A DNA stretch of 64,000 bases, taken from assembly GCA_044892525.1 (NCBI GenBank), contig CM097885.1:107880001-107944000 (forward strand), in the 5' to 3' direction. Of this stretch, positions 54,806-63,631 are shown in pieces. The notes beneath the pieces are model-generated. The model was not told the origin of the DNA. It saw only the letters and a list, made by a program, of their open reading frames with translations, and made no database searches. Each line of letters opens with the position of its first letter. The first letter of the stretch is position 1. Both the position numbers and the translations under genes were made by a program. This DNA is from Schmidtea polychroa (Eukaryota).

Positions 54806-55503
54806 AGTTTACCTAGAACTCTTCTATTTTCACTTGAAAATTTTGGAGTAGACTTAGAGTATCGAAAAGGACAAGGATATGATGAAGCTCCAGTTAACAC
54901 CGTGAAAATAGAAGGAGTACAGGCTTACGCCAGAAAGATACCTTACAGTTGCTTTAATTTCAAAATTATAATTTTTTTCCTGAATCAAAATTTTAAAATT
55001 ATTCCCGGGAAATTTTTTTCTTAATTTCCGGTTTATTGGGAACAGAAAGAACCCTGCAAAAGATACCCTCTAATTTTATTGTCTTTAATACAGAAACCAA
55101 ATTTCTTGATCTCGTTATTATCAATAGAAAAAGTATTTGATTATACATTGCCAATATGTAAATATTTGCAGTCCGAAAATGTAGATTTTAGTATGGCCAT
55201 TCAACATGTAAAACATGTTGAATCGGTGCTTAGTAATATTCGTATAAATTCAGAATAGGAATTTAACATCATTTATGAAAAGGCCAAAAGTATAATTATT
55301 AAGATCTTTAATAATACATCTGTTGAGGTTCCTAATATCTCAACTTGATGGTTCTTATTTAAATAAAAACAAGTCATTTATTTTTAATAATATATTTAAA
55401 TAATGATCAAATGATTTTAATGATTTTAACTAAATTATTTCACTGTTAATGTTGAAAAATTATTTCAAATTAAAATTCTACTAGTTATGTTTTTGTTGCC
55501 ACA

Positions 55504-55626
55504 TAGGGTTGCCACATGTTGAGGGGCTCAAAGTAGGACAAATAAATAACATACTACAGTCGTACGTAGGACAAATATCCGAATTGTATGACTGTCCTAC
55601 CGAAAGTAGGACGTGTGGCAACTCTA
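55504..55626. mobile_element. Short hAT-like MITE
   Basis: TIR TAGGGTTGCCACA / TGTGGCAACTCTA with repeated GTAGGAC subterminal motifs; no clear TSD. Confidence 0.6.
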
Positions 55627-56399
55627 ATAGAACATGTCTCACAGTATTTAATTAAGATATAAATATGAAGGAAATGCGAGGTTAAATATAACGGAAATGA
55701 CATACAATGCTACTTTAATTTCTTGGATTGTTTATTAGAAAAGAAGTTCCATTTTGCATTTTTGCCACAGAAACAATATAATTTCAATAATTATGAAACA
55801 TTAAAAATAAATTTGTCATTAATTTGCCATTAATTTTGTCATTAGTTTATCTGTAATTTCAGCAGGAAAATAAATTACTATTATTGTTATATGAATTTTT
55901 GTTATTATTGTGCTTTGTTAGTATAGGACCTACCGTCAATAATATTATATTTTTTTTAATCAGCCCATAAAGGTCATTATTAATTAATTACAATAAATAT
56001 CTATGAGGGATATTCATTTTTATTTAAATTTATTTCTATCAACATATCAACCCTAACATTAAAAACAAATCACAAAAATATAAAAATATGACAAGACAAA
56101 TAATAAGTTCTATAAATATTTTCAAGTCTGTATTAAATGTCATTACACAACAAAAATTAAAATTAAATGGTCATTGTCATTGTCATTGTCATTATTATCA
56201 TCACAAAGATCGGAATCATAAAAGTCATCCTAAGTTAATTGCCCATATTTGTGAGCATATTAACGGGGTCACAACAAATAGTCATGCTTTAAACTCACCG
56301 ACTACATGAATTCAAATGGCTCCAAGATATATGTCATCCTGAAGCATATGCGGCGATGAAACTAATATTATCGAAATACGTTCGGCCACGAATGCAGGC

Positions 56400-56675
56400 G
56401 TAAATTCGAAATTGGTGCAAAACTATCAAAAATGAAAATAGTTAGTCACACCAAGTAAGGACTTGAAAGTCAGCACACAGTGTCATATCGTTCCCAATGA
56501 AATGGAAAAGGTGAAAGGTTCCATAGAATTCTTTAAGCAGTCATGCCATATTCATATAACGCCACCAGAAGTTGGCAAAATGAGCTTCCAACAATTTTAC
56601 TTGGACTTCGCAATGTCATCTATGATGAAATAAATTTGACACCAAGTCAAAGTGTTTTTGGAATTAATGGACGTC
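56400..56675 (+). pseudogene. Ty3/gypsy integrase fragment, truncated by the Polinton insertion
   Basis: SYRSQ*NGKGERFHRIL*...WQNELPTILLGLRNV...LTPSQSVFG is a classic gypsy integrase C-terminal core; the similarity stops abruptly at 56675. Confidence 0.8.
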
Positions 56676-56786
56676 AGTAGATGGATTGGGCACCGCTGGC
56701 ACAGGGCACCGCTAGCACAGTACCCCCCCTCCCCCCCCGTCGGTAAGATTTTCAAAAATATTCTAAGTCTAAAAGTACATTTTTTT

Positions 56787-57446
56787 TTCAAGGTCAAATT
56801 TAAACAAAGACATATGACTCATCAAGGTCATTGAAACAAAGACCATGAGTCATCCTATGACTCATAAAATTTTTCAAGGTCATTTAAACAAAGACCATGA
56901 CTCATCCGATGACTCATCAAGGGCATTTTCAAGGTCATATGACTCATAGTATGACTCAGATGACCTTGAAAATTTTTTTCAAGGTGATATGACTCATCCT
57001 ATAACTCATCAAGGTCATTTTCAAGGTCATATGACTCATAGTATGACTCATCTGACCTTGAAAAATTTTTTTTCAAGGTCATATGACTCATCCTATGACT
57101 CATCAAGGTCATTGAAACAAAGACCATGACTCATAGTGTGACTCACCAAGGTCATTTTCAAGGTCATATGACTCATCAAGGTCATTTTCAAGGTCATATG
57201 ACTCATAGTATGACTCATTTGACCTTGGAAATTTTTTTTTCAAGGTCATATGACTCATCCTATGACTCGTCAAGGTCATTCTCAAGGTCATATGACTCAT
57301 CCGATGACTCATCAAAATTTTCAAGGTCATTTTCAAGGTCATCTGAGTCATCCTATGACTCATCAAGGTCATTTTCAAGGTCACATGACTCATCCAAGGT
57401 CATTCCCAAGGTCATATGAGTCATCGCGATGACTCATCAAGGTCAT
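56787..57446. repeat. Polinton subterminal tandem/inverted repeat array built from TGA(C/G)TCA and (T/C)CAAGGTCA
   Basis: About 25 copies of each motif by manual count, some inverted to form hairpins (TGACCTTGAAAAA..TTTTCAAGGTCA). Confidence 0.9.
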
Positions 57447-57601
57447 ATTATTATTTTTAAAAAATATTATTATTTTTATTATTATTTTTAAAAATATTAT
57501 TATTTTATTTTTAATTTTTTCAAAGTTCCCGCCAACGAAAATTAATAATCGATAGCTCATTTTAAAGCTCAATCCAAGACCTTTCGAATGAGCCATATAT
57601 C

Positions 57602-57670
<69 letters not shown>

Positions 57671-57795
57671 GTATTAATCTATATACACCGAGTCTATATA
57701 CTCTGAGTCTATCCGACAAAATATTTTGTCCCCCTATGGGTAATGCTCACAAGGGTACTGGTCACGCTCAACAAATCAACAAAACATACATTTAT

Positions 57796-58296
57796 TTAAA
57801 CAATAAAATAATGTAAAATTAACAAAGGTAAACTAAATATTGATGCACTTCTATTCGCAGCATTATTGTTAGAAATTGGTAACGTTGAATTGATTTTCAG
57901 ATATTCTATTGATCCTTTGATTGTTTGAATTTCTCTTAATAATAATTCAATCTTTTTTAACAAATAATCATGCTTCTTATCAATAATCTTCATATTCTTT
58001 TTATTTTCAGTAATAGAGTTATTGAAAACCTCAATATGATCAATCAATTTAATTTTTATATTTTGTATATATTCAAATGTTAGTTCATAACTGTTTTCTA
58101 AATTCTCCAATCTTTGAGATATTCTTTTTCCTGGATGCTTTGACCATTTTGGTTTATCGAGAATATATAAAATATCCATCAACTTGGCTGTATTCGGACA
58201 AACACATATTGATTTATTAAAAGACTCCACCGTTATTGTTGTATTGTGTGAGCACACACTCGTTATAATAATTAGCAATATGAATAGAGTTTTCAT
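57796..58296 (-). CDS. Polinton accessory protein: signal peptide, coiled coil, C-terminal hydrophobic (GPI-signal-like) tail, 166 aa
   Basis: MKTLFILLIIITSVCS signal peptide; five N-x-S/T sequons; heptad-rich middle; NNNAANRSASIFSLPLLILHYFIV end; TATAAAT upstream. Confidence 0.7.
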   Translation of the reverse strand: MKTLFILLIIITSVCSHNTTITVESFNKSICVCPNTAKLMDILYILDKPKWSKHPGKRISQRLENLENSYELTFEYIQNIKIKLIDHIEVFNNSITENKKNMKIIDKKHDYLLKKIELLLREIQTIKGSIEYLKINSTLPISNNNAANRSASIFSLPLLILHYFIV

Positions 58297-58321
58297 GGTG
58301 TATCAAATCAAAACCTTTCTT

Positions 58322-58375
58322 TTACATTTATAGTCTATCAACCAATCAAAATCATCCGGTATTAGTATAAATAAA
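58322..58375. promoter_or_regulatory. Divergent promoter with two TATA-like boxes around a CCAAT box
   Basis: TATAAAT on the minus strand at about 58326-58332, AACCAATCA at about 58340 and TATAAATA at about 58367, between the ATGs at 58296 and 58402. Confidence 0.5.
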
Positions 58376-58401
58376 ACATCATATTTTAAATTATTGTAAA
58401 A

Positions 58402-58922
58402 ATGTCTCAATTTATGGAAAATCTTTTAAGAGAACTCGTCAACAGGAATATTATGGAAAGCCTATGTTTCCTGGTCGATCGGACCGAAAAGATTATAGAA
58501 GGTAATCACATTGATTATGACGATGTGATCAATTCTGATTGTCTCGAAACCAAAAAATTCTATTTTAATAGAATTTTTAACTGTCTATGCGACGATCAGA
58601 TGAAGTGGACCCGAATACTAGTAGGGTTCGCTTATATGAAAATAATAATCCAAAGAAGTCTATGGGACTCAGAGCACTATTATCAGTGGTCTCAAGAAGT
58701 AATACTTTTATAATTTATATTTTATTAATATTTATTTTCTAGATAATCAAGTCAAAGTTTCAACCATGGATTGAAGCCAATGGCGGATGGGGAGTACTCA
58801 ATCAACTCGCCAGAAATGCAAAAGAAATAGACGATCAGAAAAGAAAATTTAAAAACTATGTAAAACTTGCAACAGGTGTTGCTATTTTGTATATTTTAAC
58901 CAGATTTTTAAATAAAAATTAA
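58402..58922 (+). CDS. Bcl-2 family protein, 158 aa, two exons (58402-58698, 58743-58922; 44-nt intron)
   Basis: BH1-like LCDDQMKWTRILVGFAY. Splicing GTAATA...TTCTAG (phase 0) gives WSQEIIKSKFQPWIEANGGW, aligning without gaps to Bcl-xL WMATYLNDHLEPWIQENGGW. C-terminal tail anchor LATGVAILYILTRFLNKN. Confidence 0.88.
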
Positions 58923-59005
58923 TATAGTTATTTTTGTTTGATTTTTAAATAAATTTTTAAATAACATTTTAAATAAATTTACAAACACTAATTAACTAAG
59001 ATTTA

Positions 59006-59383
59006 TTAATTAACACATTCGCAGTCGTCATCTCCACATTTCATTATATTTTCAACGACATGATCAATACAATCATTCGTAATATTATCTTTAGATTCAT
59101 CTTTAGGTTCCTCTATAGGTTCCTCTATAGGTTCATAGATTTCCTCTTGAGTTTCTTCCTCATCAATTTCTTGAGTTTCTTCCTCATCATCAAATCCTGT
59201 ATCTTGACTCTCAACTAACCAGCCGATATTTAAGGCATTTGTAATAGATAATATATCCTCCATTTTCACACCAGATATTTCTGCTAACTTTTCCAACAAA
59301 AAGTTGATTAAAAATTCTAAATAATAAATAATTCGGTAATTAATTAATTAATCATGTTAACCTTTTTCTACAGTCATTTTCAT
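59006..59383 (-). CDS. Small acidic Polinton protein, probably two exons (45-nt intron 59317-59361)
   Basis: The ORF lacks an ATG until GTTAAC...TTTAG is spliced, giving MKMTVEKEFLINFLLEKLAEISG...; Glu/Asp-rich repeats; Cys-containing C-terminus. Confidence 0.55.
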
Positions 59384-59511
59384 CACTTTAAAACTAAATT
59401 ATAAGTTTGTTTATAGATTTTCTTTGTTAAATTTGCATGTCATTTGCATTTATGTTGCAATTAATAAAGAGAAAAAAACAAATCTGACTAATACATTTAT
59501 TAAATATAACA

Positions 59512-59922
59512 TTAAAATATTTGTGAAAGTCTAGCAGACATAATTTTCCAAATAGGAGAATATACATCATTATTATCAACTTTATATCCCTGGATTGCAA
59601 TTGTTATATACCAATTTTCATTTTCTTTGAAAGCGATTTCATCAAAGGAATCATAAAATCTTGCATATTTATTGTTGAACCATGCATGTTGATTACACGA
59701 TAGATTCGAATCTATCCGTTTAAAAACATCATCAATAGTTTTGACATCAATCATTGAAAGCGTGCCGGATAAGAATTCAAATTTAGTTGGAATTAGCTTG
59801 ACTGGTGCAACCAATTTCATATTGATTTCTTCTTTCAAAAAATACATTTTGTAGTTGTGGAACATTTGAACTGGTTGTACCATTTCTTTAGGTTTTTCGG
59901 TGCTTGAAATTTTCTTGGTCAT
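59512..59922 (-). CDS. Polinton hypothetical protein, 136 aa (beta-rich C-terminus)
   Basis: ATG-initiated ORF with TATAAAAA about 40 nt upstream and CCAAT at about 59983; no confident family. Confidence 0.65.
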   Translation of the reverse strand: MTKKISSTEKPKEMVQPVQMFHNYKMYFLKEEINMKLVAPVKLIPTKFEFLSGTLSMIDVKTIDDVFKRIDSNLSCNQHAWFNNKYARFYDSFDEIAFKENENWYITIAIQGYKVDNNDVYSPIWKIMSARLSQIF

Positions 59923-60276
59923 CGTGAATAATGAATAAATTTAAATGTTACAGGGTTTTTATACCTTTGACTCATGCCTATCAACCAATCAGATTATAGC
60001 ATGTCTTTGTTTAAATTGCATTCAAAATGCATTGATGTTGCATTGTCACATGTTCTATTTACAGATTTATTATTAATGTTTAAATTATTACATGTTTTGA
60101 TATATGTACAGATTTATTATTAATATGTTTCATTATTATTAATGTTTTTACTATTATTACTATTCATATTTCTATTACTATTATTATTACTATTATTATT
60201 ATTACTATTATTATTTCAAATATAAAACACAATAAAACACAATAAAAAAGATAAAACACAATAAAAAATACATTTA

Positions 60277-60692
60277 TTAATAACCCAAATCTACAATCTG
60301 GGAGTAGTGAAACCTTCTCAGAGTTTTCACTAACTCCCATTCGACATATCGCCGATATCGATCGGCGCAACATGAGCATCCGATGATGCACTGGTACTCT
60401 GGCTCCATTTGTTTGATGGTTCTGTTAATCTTTATATCCCACAGAAACTGGTGAAATACATCCATGATTCGAATTTGAGTCGCATAGAATATCAGATCTG
60501 GAATGATCTCAGGTTCGCGATCCTTGATAATTTCAATAATTTGAGGATAATAATATTTTATCCTTTTTATCATAACTTCTAAATATTTCTCTAAAATAAT
60601 AAATAGTAAATAATGTGAAAAAAAAAAATTTTAAATTTACCGGAATCGTCGATATCTTTCATGAGGGTTGCAGAGCTTGGTAATTTGTACAT
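60277..60692 (-). CDS. Polinton hypothetical protein, 121 aa, two exons (50-nt intron 60591-60640), with a CxxGCSCC cluster
   Basis: Splicing GTAAAT...TTTTAG joins MYKLPSSATLMKDIDDS in frame to EKYLEVMIKRIKYY... Confidence 0.6.
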
Positions 60693-60765
60693 AGTGTTGA
60701 AAAAATGAATTCTAAACAAAAACCGTTTGTTTAAATCAATCAATAACCAATTAGAAATTAACCAA

Positions 60766-61203
60766 TTAGAAATCGACCAATGAAATTATCTCATTTCGAA
60801 CATTGTCAACAAATTCTCTATACTCCAAATTTCTCAACCCCAACATGACAACCTTTCCACTAGCAAACACGTTGACACATATAGGGTTATATTTTAATAG
60901 TCTTAGTGCCGGAAACAATTCCGGTTCAAACATACAATCACATTTTTTCGACATGTTATATAGATTGATACTATGTCCCATATCCATAGTAACGGTAATT
61001 GATTGGATTTTAATATTATTTATTCGATATTGTAATTTATTAATATCCAAAGGTTTCTTACATCCCATGATTCTGCATTTACCAGTCTTGAAAAATATTA
61101 TCGGATATTTCCCACTTCTATCGATAATTTGCTGGGGTTTCCCTGGTGGGAACCTCATATTCGATACATCAAAATTTCCTCGATAATTTATATTTGCTAA
61201 CAT
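60766..61203 (-). CDS. Compact TATA-binding-protein-like protein, 145 aa
   Basis: Both TBP repeats are recognisable: LANINYRGNF...IIFFKTGKCRIMG and IQSITVTMD...FEPELFPALRL...VNVFASGKVVMLG. Confidence 0.85.
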   Translation of the reverse strand: MLANINYRGNFDVSNMRFPPGKPQQIIDRSGKYPIIFFKTGKCRIMGCKKPLDINKLQYRINNIKIQSITVTMDMGHSINLYNMSKKCDCMFEPELFPALRLLKYNPICVNVFASGKVVMLGLRNLEYREFVDNVRNEIISLVDF

Positions 61204-61302
61204 TATTAAATCATTTATGAAAATTAGTCTTTATATACAAATTGAGCACGAGTTCATTAAATCATCGAATATAAACAAATACACATTTATAAAATATTTG
61301 AA

Positions 61303-61929
61303 ATGGAATTAAGAAATGATGCTGTATACCAAATCGTTGGTCCGAGTGGTAGTGGAAAAACATTATTTGTTTGTAAATTACTAAAATCCAATTTATTCAA
61401 ATCAAAATTCAACAGGATTTATTGGCATAGGGGTGCTGATGAAGAACATGGATTAACTCAATCAAGTTTCTGTAAATTAAAAAACATGAAAATAGTAAAG
61501 GGATTCGATAAAAACTGGTCCAGCCGATTAAAGAAAGGCGATGTCATTATTATCGATGATTTGTATCAAGAAGCTAATAAAGAAAAAGATTTTAATAATT
61601 TATTTACAAAGATTAGCAGACATGTCGGTGTAACAGTTATTTTCATAACTCAAAATCTATTTCATCAAGGTGGGGCACATCGAACACGTAATTTAAATGT
61701 ACAATATTTAGTCATTTTCAAGAATCCTAGAGATGCAACAGTGATTGATTTTCTTGCACGTCAAGCATACCCTAACAATCGTAATTTTCTTATCAGTGCA
61801 TTTCAAGATGCTACAAAAATACCTCATGGATATATATTTCTTGATTTCACACAACAATGTCCCGATGATTTACGTGTAAAAACAGATATTTTCAACCCAA
61901 AAGGTGCCATGGTTTATAAACAAAGTTGA
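61303..61929 (+). CDS. Polinton packaging ATPase (A32/FtsK-HerA-like), 208 aa
   Basis: Walker A GPSGSGKT, Walker B VIIIDD, and SRH, ITQ and FKNPRD motifs typical of Polinton ATPases. Confidence 0.92.
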   Translation: MELRNDAVYQIVGPSGSGKTLFVCKLLKSNLFKSKFNRIYWHRGADEEHGLTQSSFCKLKNMKIVKGFDKNWSSRLKKGDVIIIDDLYQEANKEKDFNNLFTKISRHVGVTVIFITQNLFHQGGAHRTRNLNVQYLVIFKNPRDATVIDFLARQAYPNNRNFLISAFQDATKIPHGYIFLDFTQQCPDDLRVKTDIFNPKGAMVYKQS

Positions 61930-61947
61930 AAACCTCTATGAATAATA

Positions 61948-62481
61948 ATGTTTCTAAAAGCAAGGGTGAAAAATATTAGGAAATTAAGAAAAGGTATTAG
62001 AAAGACTATTAAAGTTCCAAAGGTTCCACCAACAACTAGTTATACACCATCTAAAAAACTTGTAACTGAAAATTTCTCTGCAATGAATCTTATTTCGAAA
62101 AATCCTAAACCTAAACGTAAAACCCGTAAAACCCGTAAAACCGGTAAAAAAGTAGTTAAAAATCATCGCAGTTTTCCATTTTTTAATGCATTGTTAAAGG
62201 CTCCGAGTATGAAAAGAATGAATATATTGCAATCATTCCCAAATTTTGTTGTCGATGATTTACTCAATATTATACTTAAAGTAGTCAAAGGCAAAATTAA
62301 AATCAGTAAATCAAAAAAGCATTTATTGAGCAAACATAGGAAACCTTTATTATCTTTAGTAAATAATAAAAATCGTAAGCAAATGAGGAAAATTATATAT
62401 AAACAACAAGGTGGATTTATTGGTGCCTTGATACCTCTGGCATTATCATTATTAGGTGGAGTTGTAGGAAATCAATCATAA
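61948..62481 (+). CDS. Basic putative virion core protein with an adenovirus pX-like C-terminus, 177 aa
   Basis: Very Lys/Arg-rich; ends QQGG-FIGALIPLALSLLGG, resembling adenovirus pX MRGG-ILPLLIPLIAAAIG (protease site plus hydrophobic peptide). Confidence 0.7.
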   Translation: MFLKARVKNIRKLRKGIRKTIKVPKVPPTTSYTPSKKLVTENFSAMNLISKNPKPKRKTRKTRKTGKKVVKNHRSFPFFNALLKAPSMKRMNILQSFPNFVVDDLLNIILKVVKGKIKISKSKKHLLSKHRKPLLSLVNNKNRKQMRKIIYKQQGGFIGALIPLALSLLGGVVGNQS

Positions 62482-62484
62482 ACA

Positions 62485-62712
62485 ATGGGTGCTAATCCTT
62501 CATTGCCCGACATTAAATTTAATTTTAAATCTTCTTGTTGTAATGGAGAAGATTTGGACGAACCCAGAAGACGAAGCCGGTTTCGGTGGAGTGGCAAAAT
62601 TAAACAAAAGAGTTCCGAATTCGAAAAAAGAAACCCAGAAGTGGTTATCAGATCAGCTTGCGTACAGTTTGAACAAACCAATGCGGAAAAGATTTCCAAC
62701 AAGAGCGTATAA
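62485..62712 (+). CDS. Candidate small ORF with an N-myristoylation signal, overlapping the integrase start in another frame, 75 aa
   Basis: ACAATGG start context; MGANPS (MGxxxS), a CC pair and a basic cluster; fills the gap between the core-protein stop and the integrase ATG. Confidence 0.45.
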   Translation: MGANPSLPDIKFNFKSSCCNGEDLDEPRRRSRFRWSGKIKQKSSEFEKRNPEVVIRSACVQFEQTNAEKISNKSV

Positions 62713-62930
62713 AACATTTGGTATTGACGATTTATGGCAAATGGATTTGATGGAGATGATACCATATTCGAAAATTAACAATGGGAATAAATATATTTTA
62801 ACATGTATTAATGTATACAGCAGGTTTGCACGAGCAATACCAGTCAAGGCAAAATCTGCAGAAGAAATGTCCAAGGCAATTAATATTTTATTTAAAGATG
62901 GACATCCTAATAATTTGCAAACAGATTTAG

Positions 62931-63001
<71 letters not shown>

Positions 63002-63631
63002 TTAGGTAAAGAATTCTACAATAGCAAAGTTAAGCAAATCCTCGATAAACTGAAAATAAATCACTACTCGGTACATTCTCAATACAAAGCTGCCCATGTT
63101 GAAAGATTTAATCGAACATTGAGAGATAGATTAAAGAAATTGTTCGTGCATCAAGGTAATAAAAAATGGGTAAATGCTTTACCGAAAATAATAACAAGTT
63201 ATAATCATTCATCACATCGAGGACTGAATGGATTGAGACCGGTTGATATTACATCAAAAACACCATTATCTAAAAAATCTGTAAAAATTGCAAAACCTAA
63301 ATATAAAGTCGGTGACCATGTTAGAATTAGTAAAATTAGTGCATCACCATTTATTAAAAATTTTGATACAAATTGGAGTGATGAAGTCTTTGTAATTTCA
63401 AAAATAAATACTAAACAGAATCCTGTAATGTATGTCATCAAAGACAATGATAATAATATTGTACAGGGGAAATTTTATGAGCAGAAATTACAAGTCATTC
63501 CTCCCCCAAAAGTATTTAGAATTCAAAAAATATTGAAAACTAAAAAGGTCGGTAAGGATAAACAATACTATATCAAATGGCACGGTTATCAAAACCCGTC
63601 ATGGATATCGTCAAAAGACCTAGTAAAATGA
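62543..63631 (+). CDS. Polinton retroviral-type DDE integrase with a C-terminal chromodomain; 337 aa after removing the 75-nt intron 62931-63005
   Basis: WQMD, QTDLG/KEF and VERFNRTL catalytic motifs; chromo-like FRIQKIL...YYIKWHGY...SW. Likely start ATG is 62543 (MEKIW). Confidence 0.92.

Noticed and set aside
56787-57446. CRISPR-like array
   Set aside because: There are no unique spacers and the short motifs recombine irregularly and invert. The context is a eukaryotic Polinton terminus. The HMTH/SYDS-repeat ORFs here are artefacts of the repeat.
62489-62542. N-terminal extension and poly-Ile segment of the 380-aa integrase ORF
   Set aside because: The extension starts at a non-ATG codon and homology begins at MEKIW (62543); the poly-Ile is better explained as an intron.
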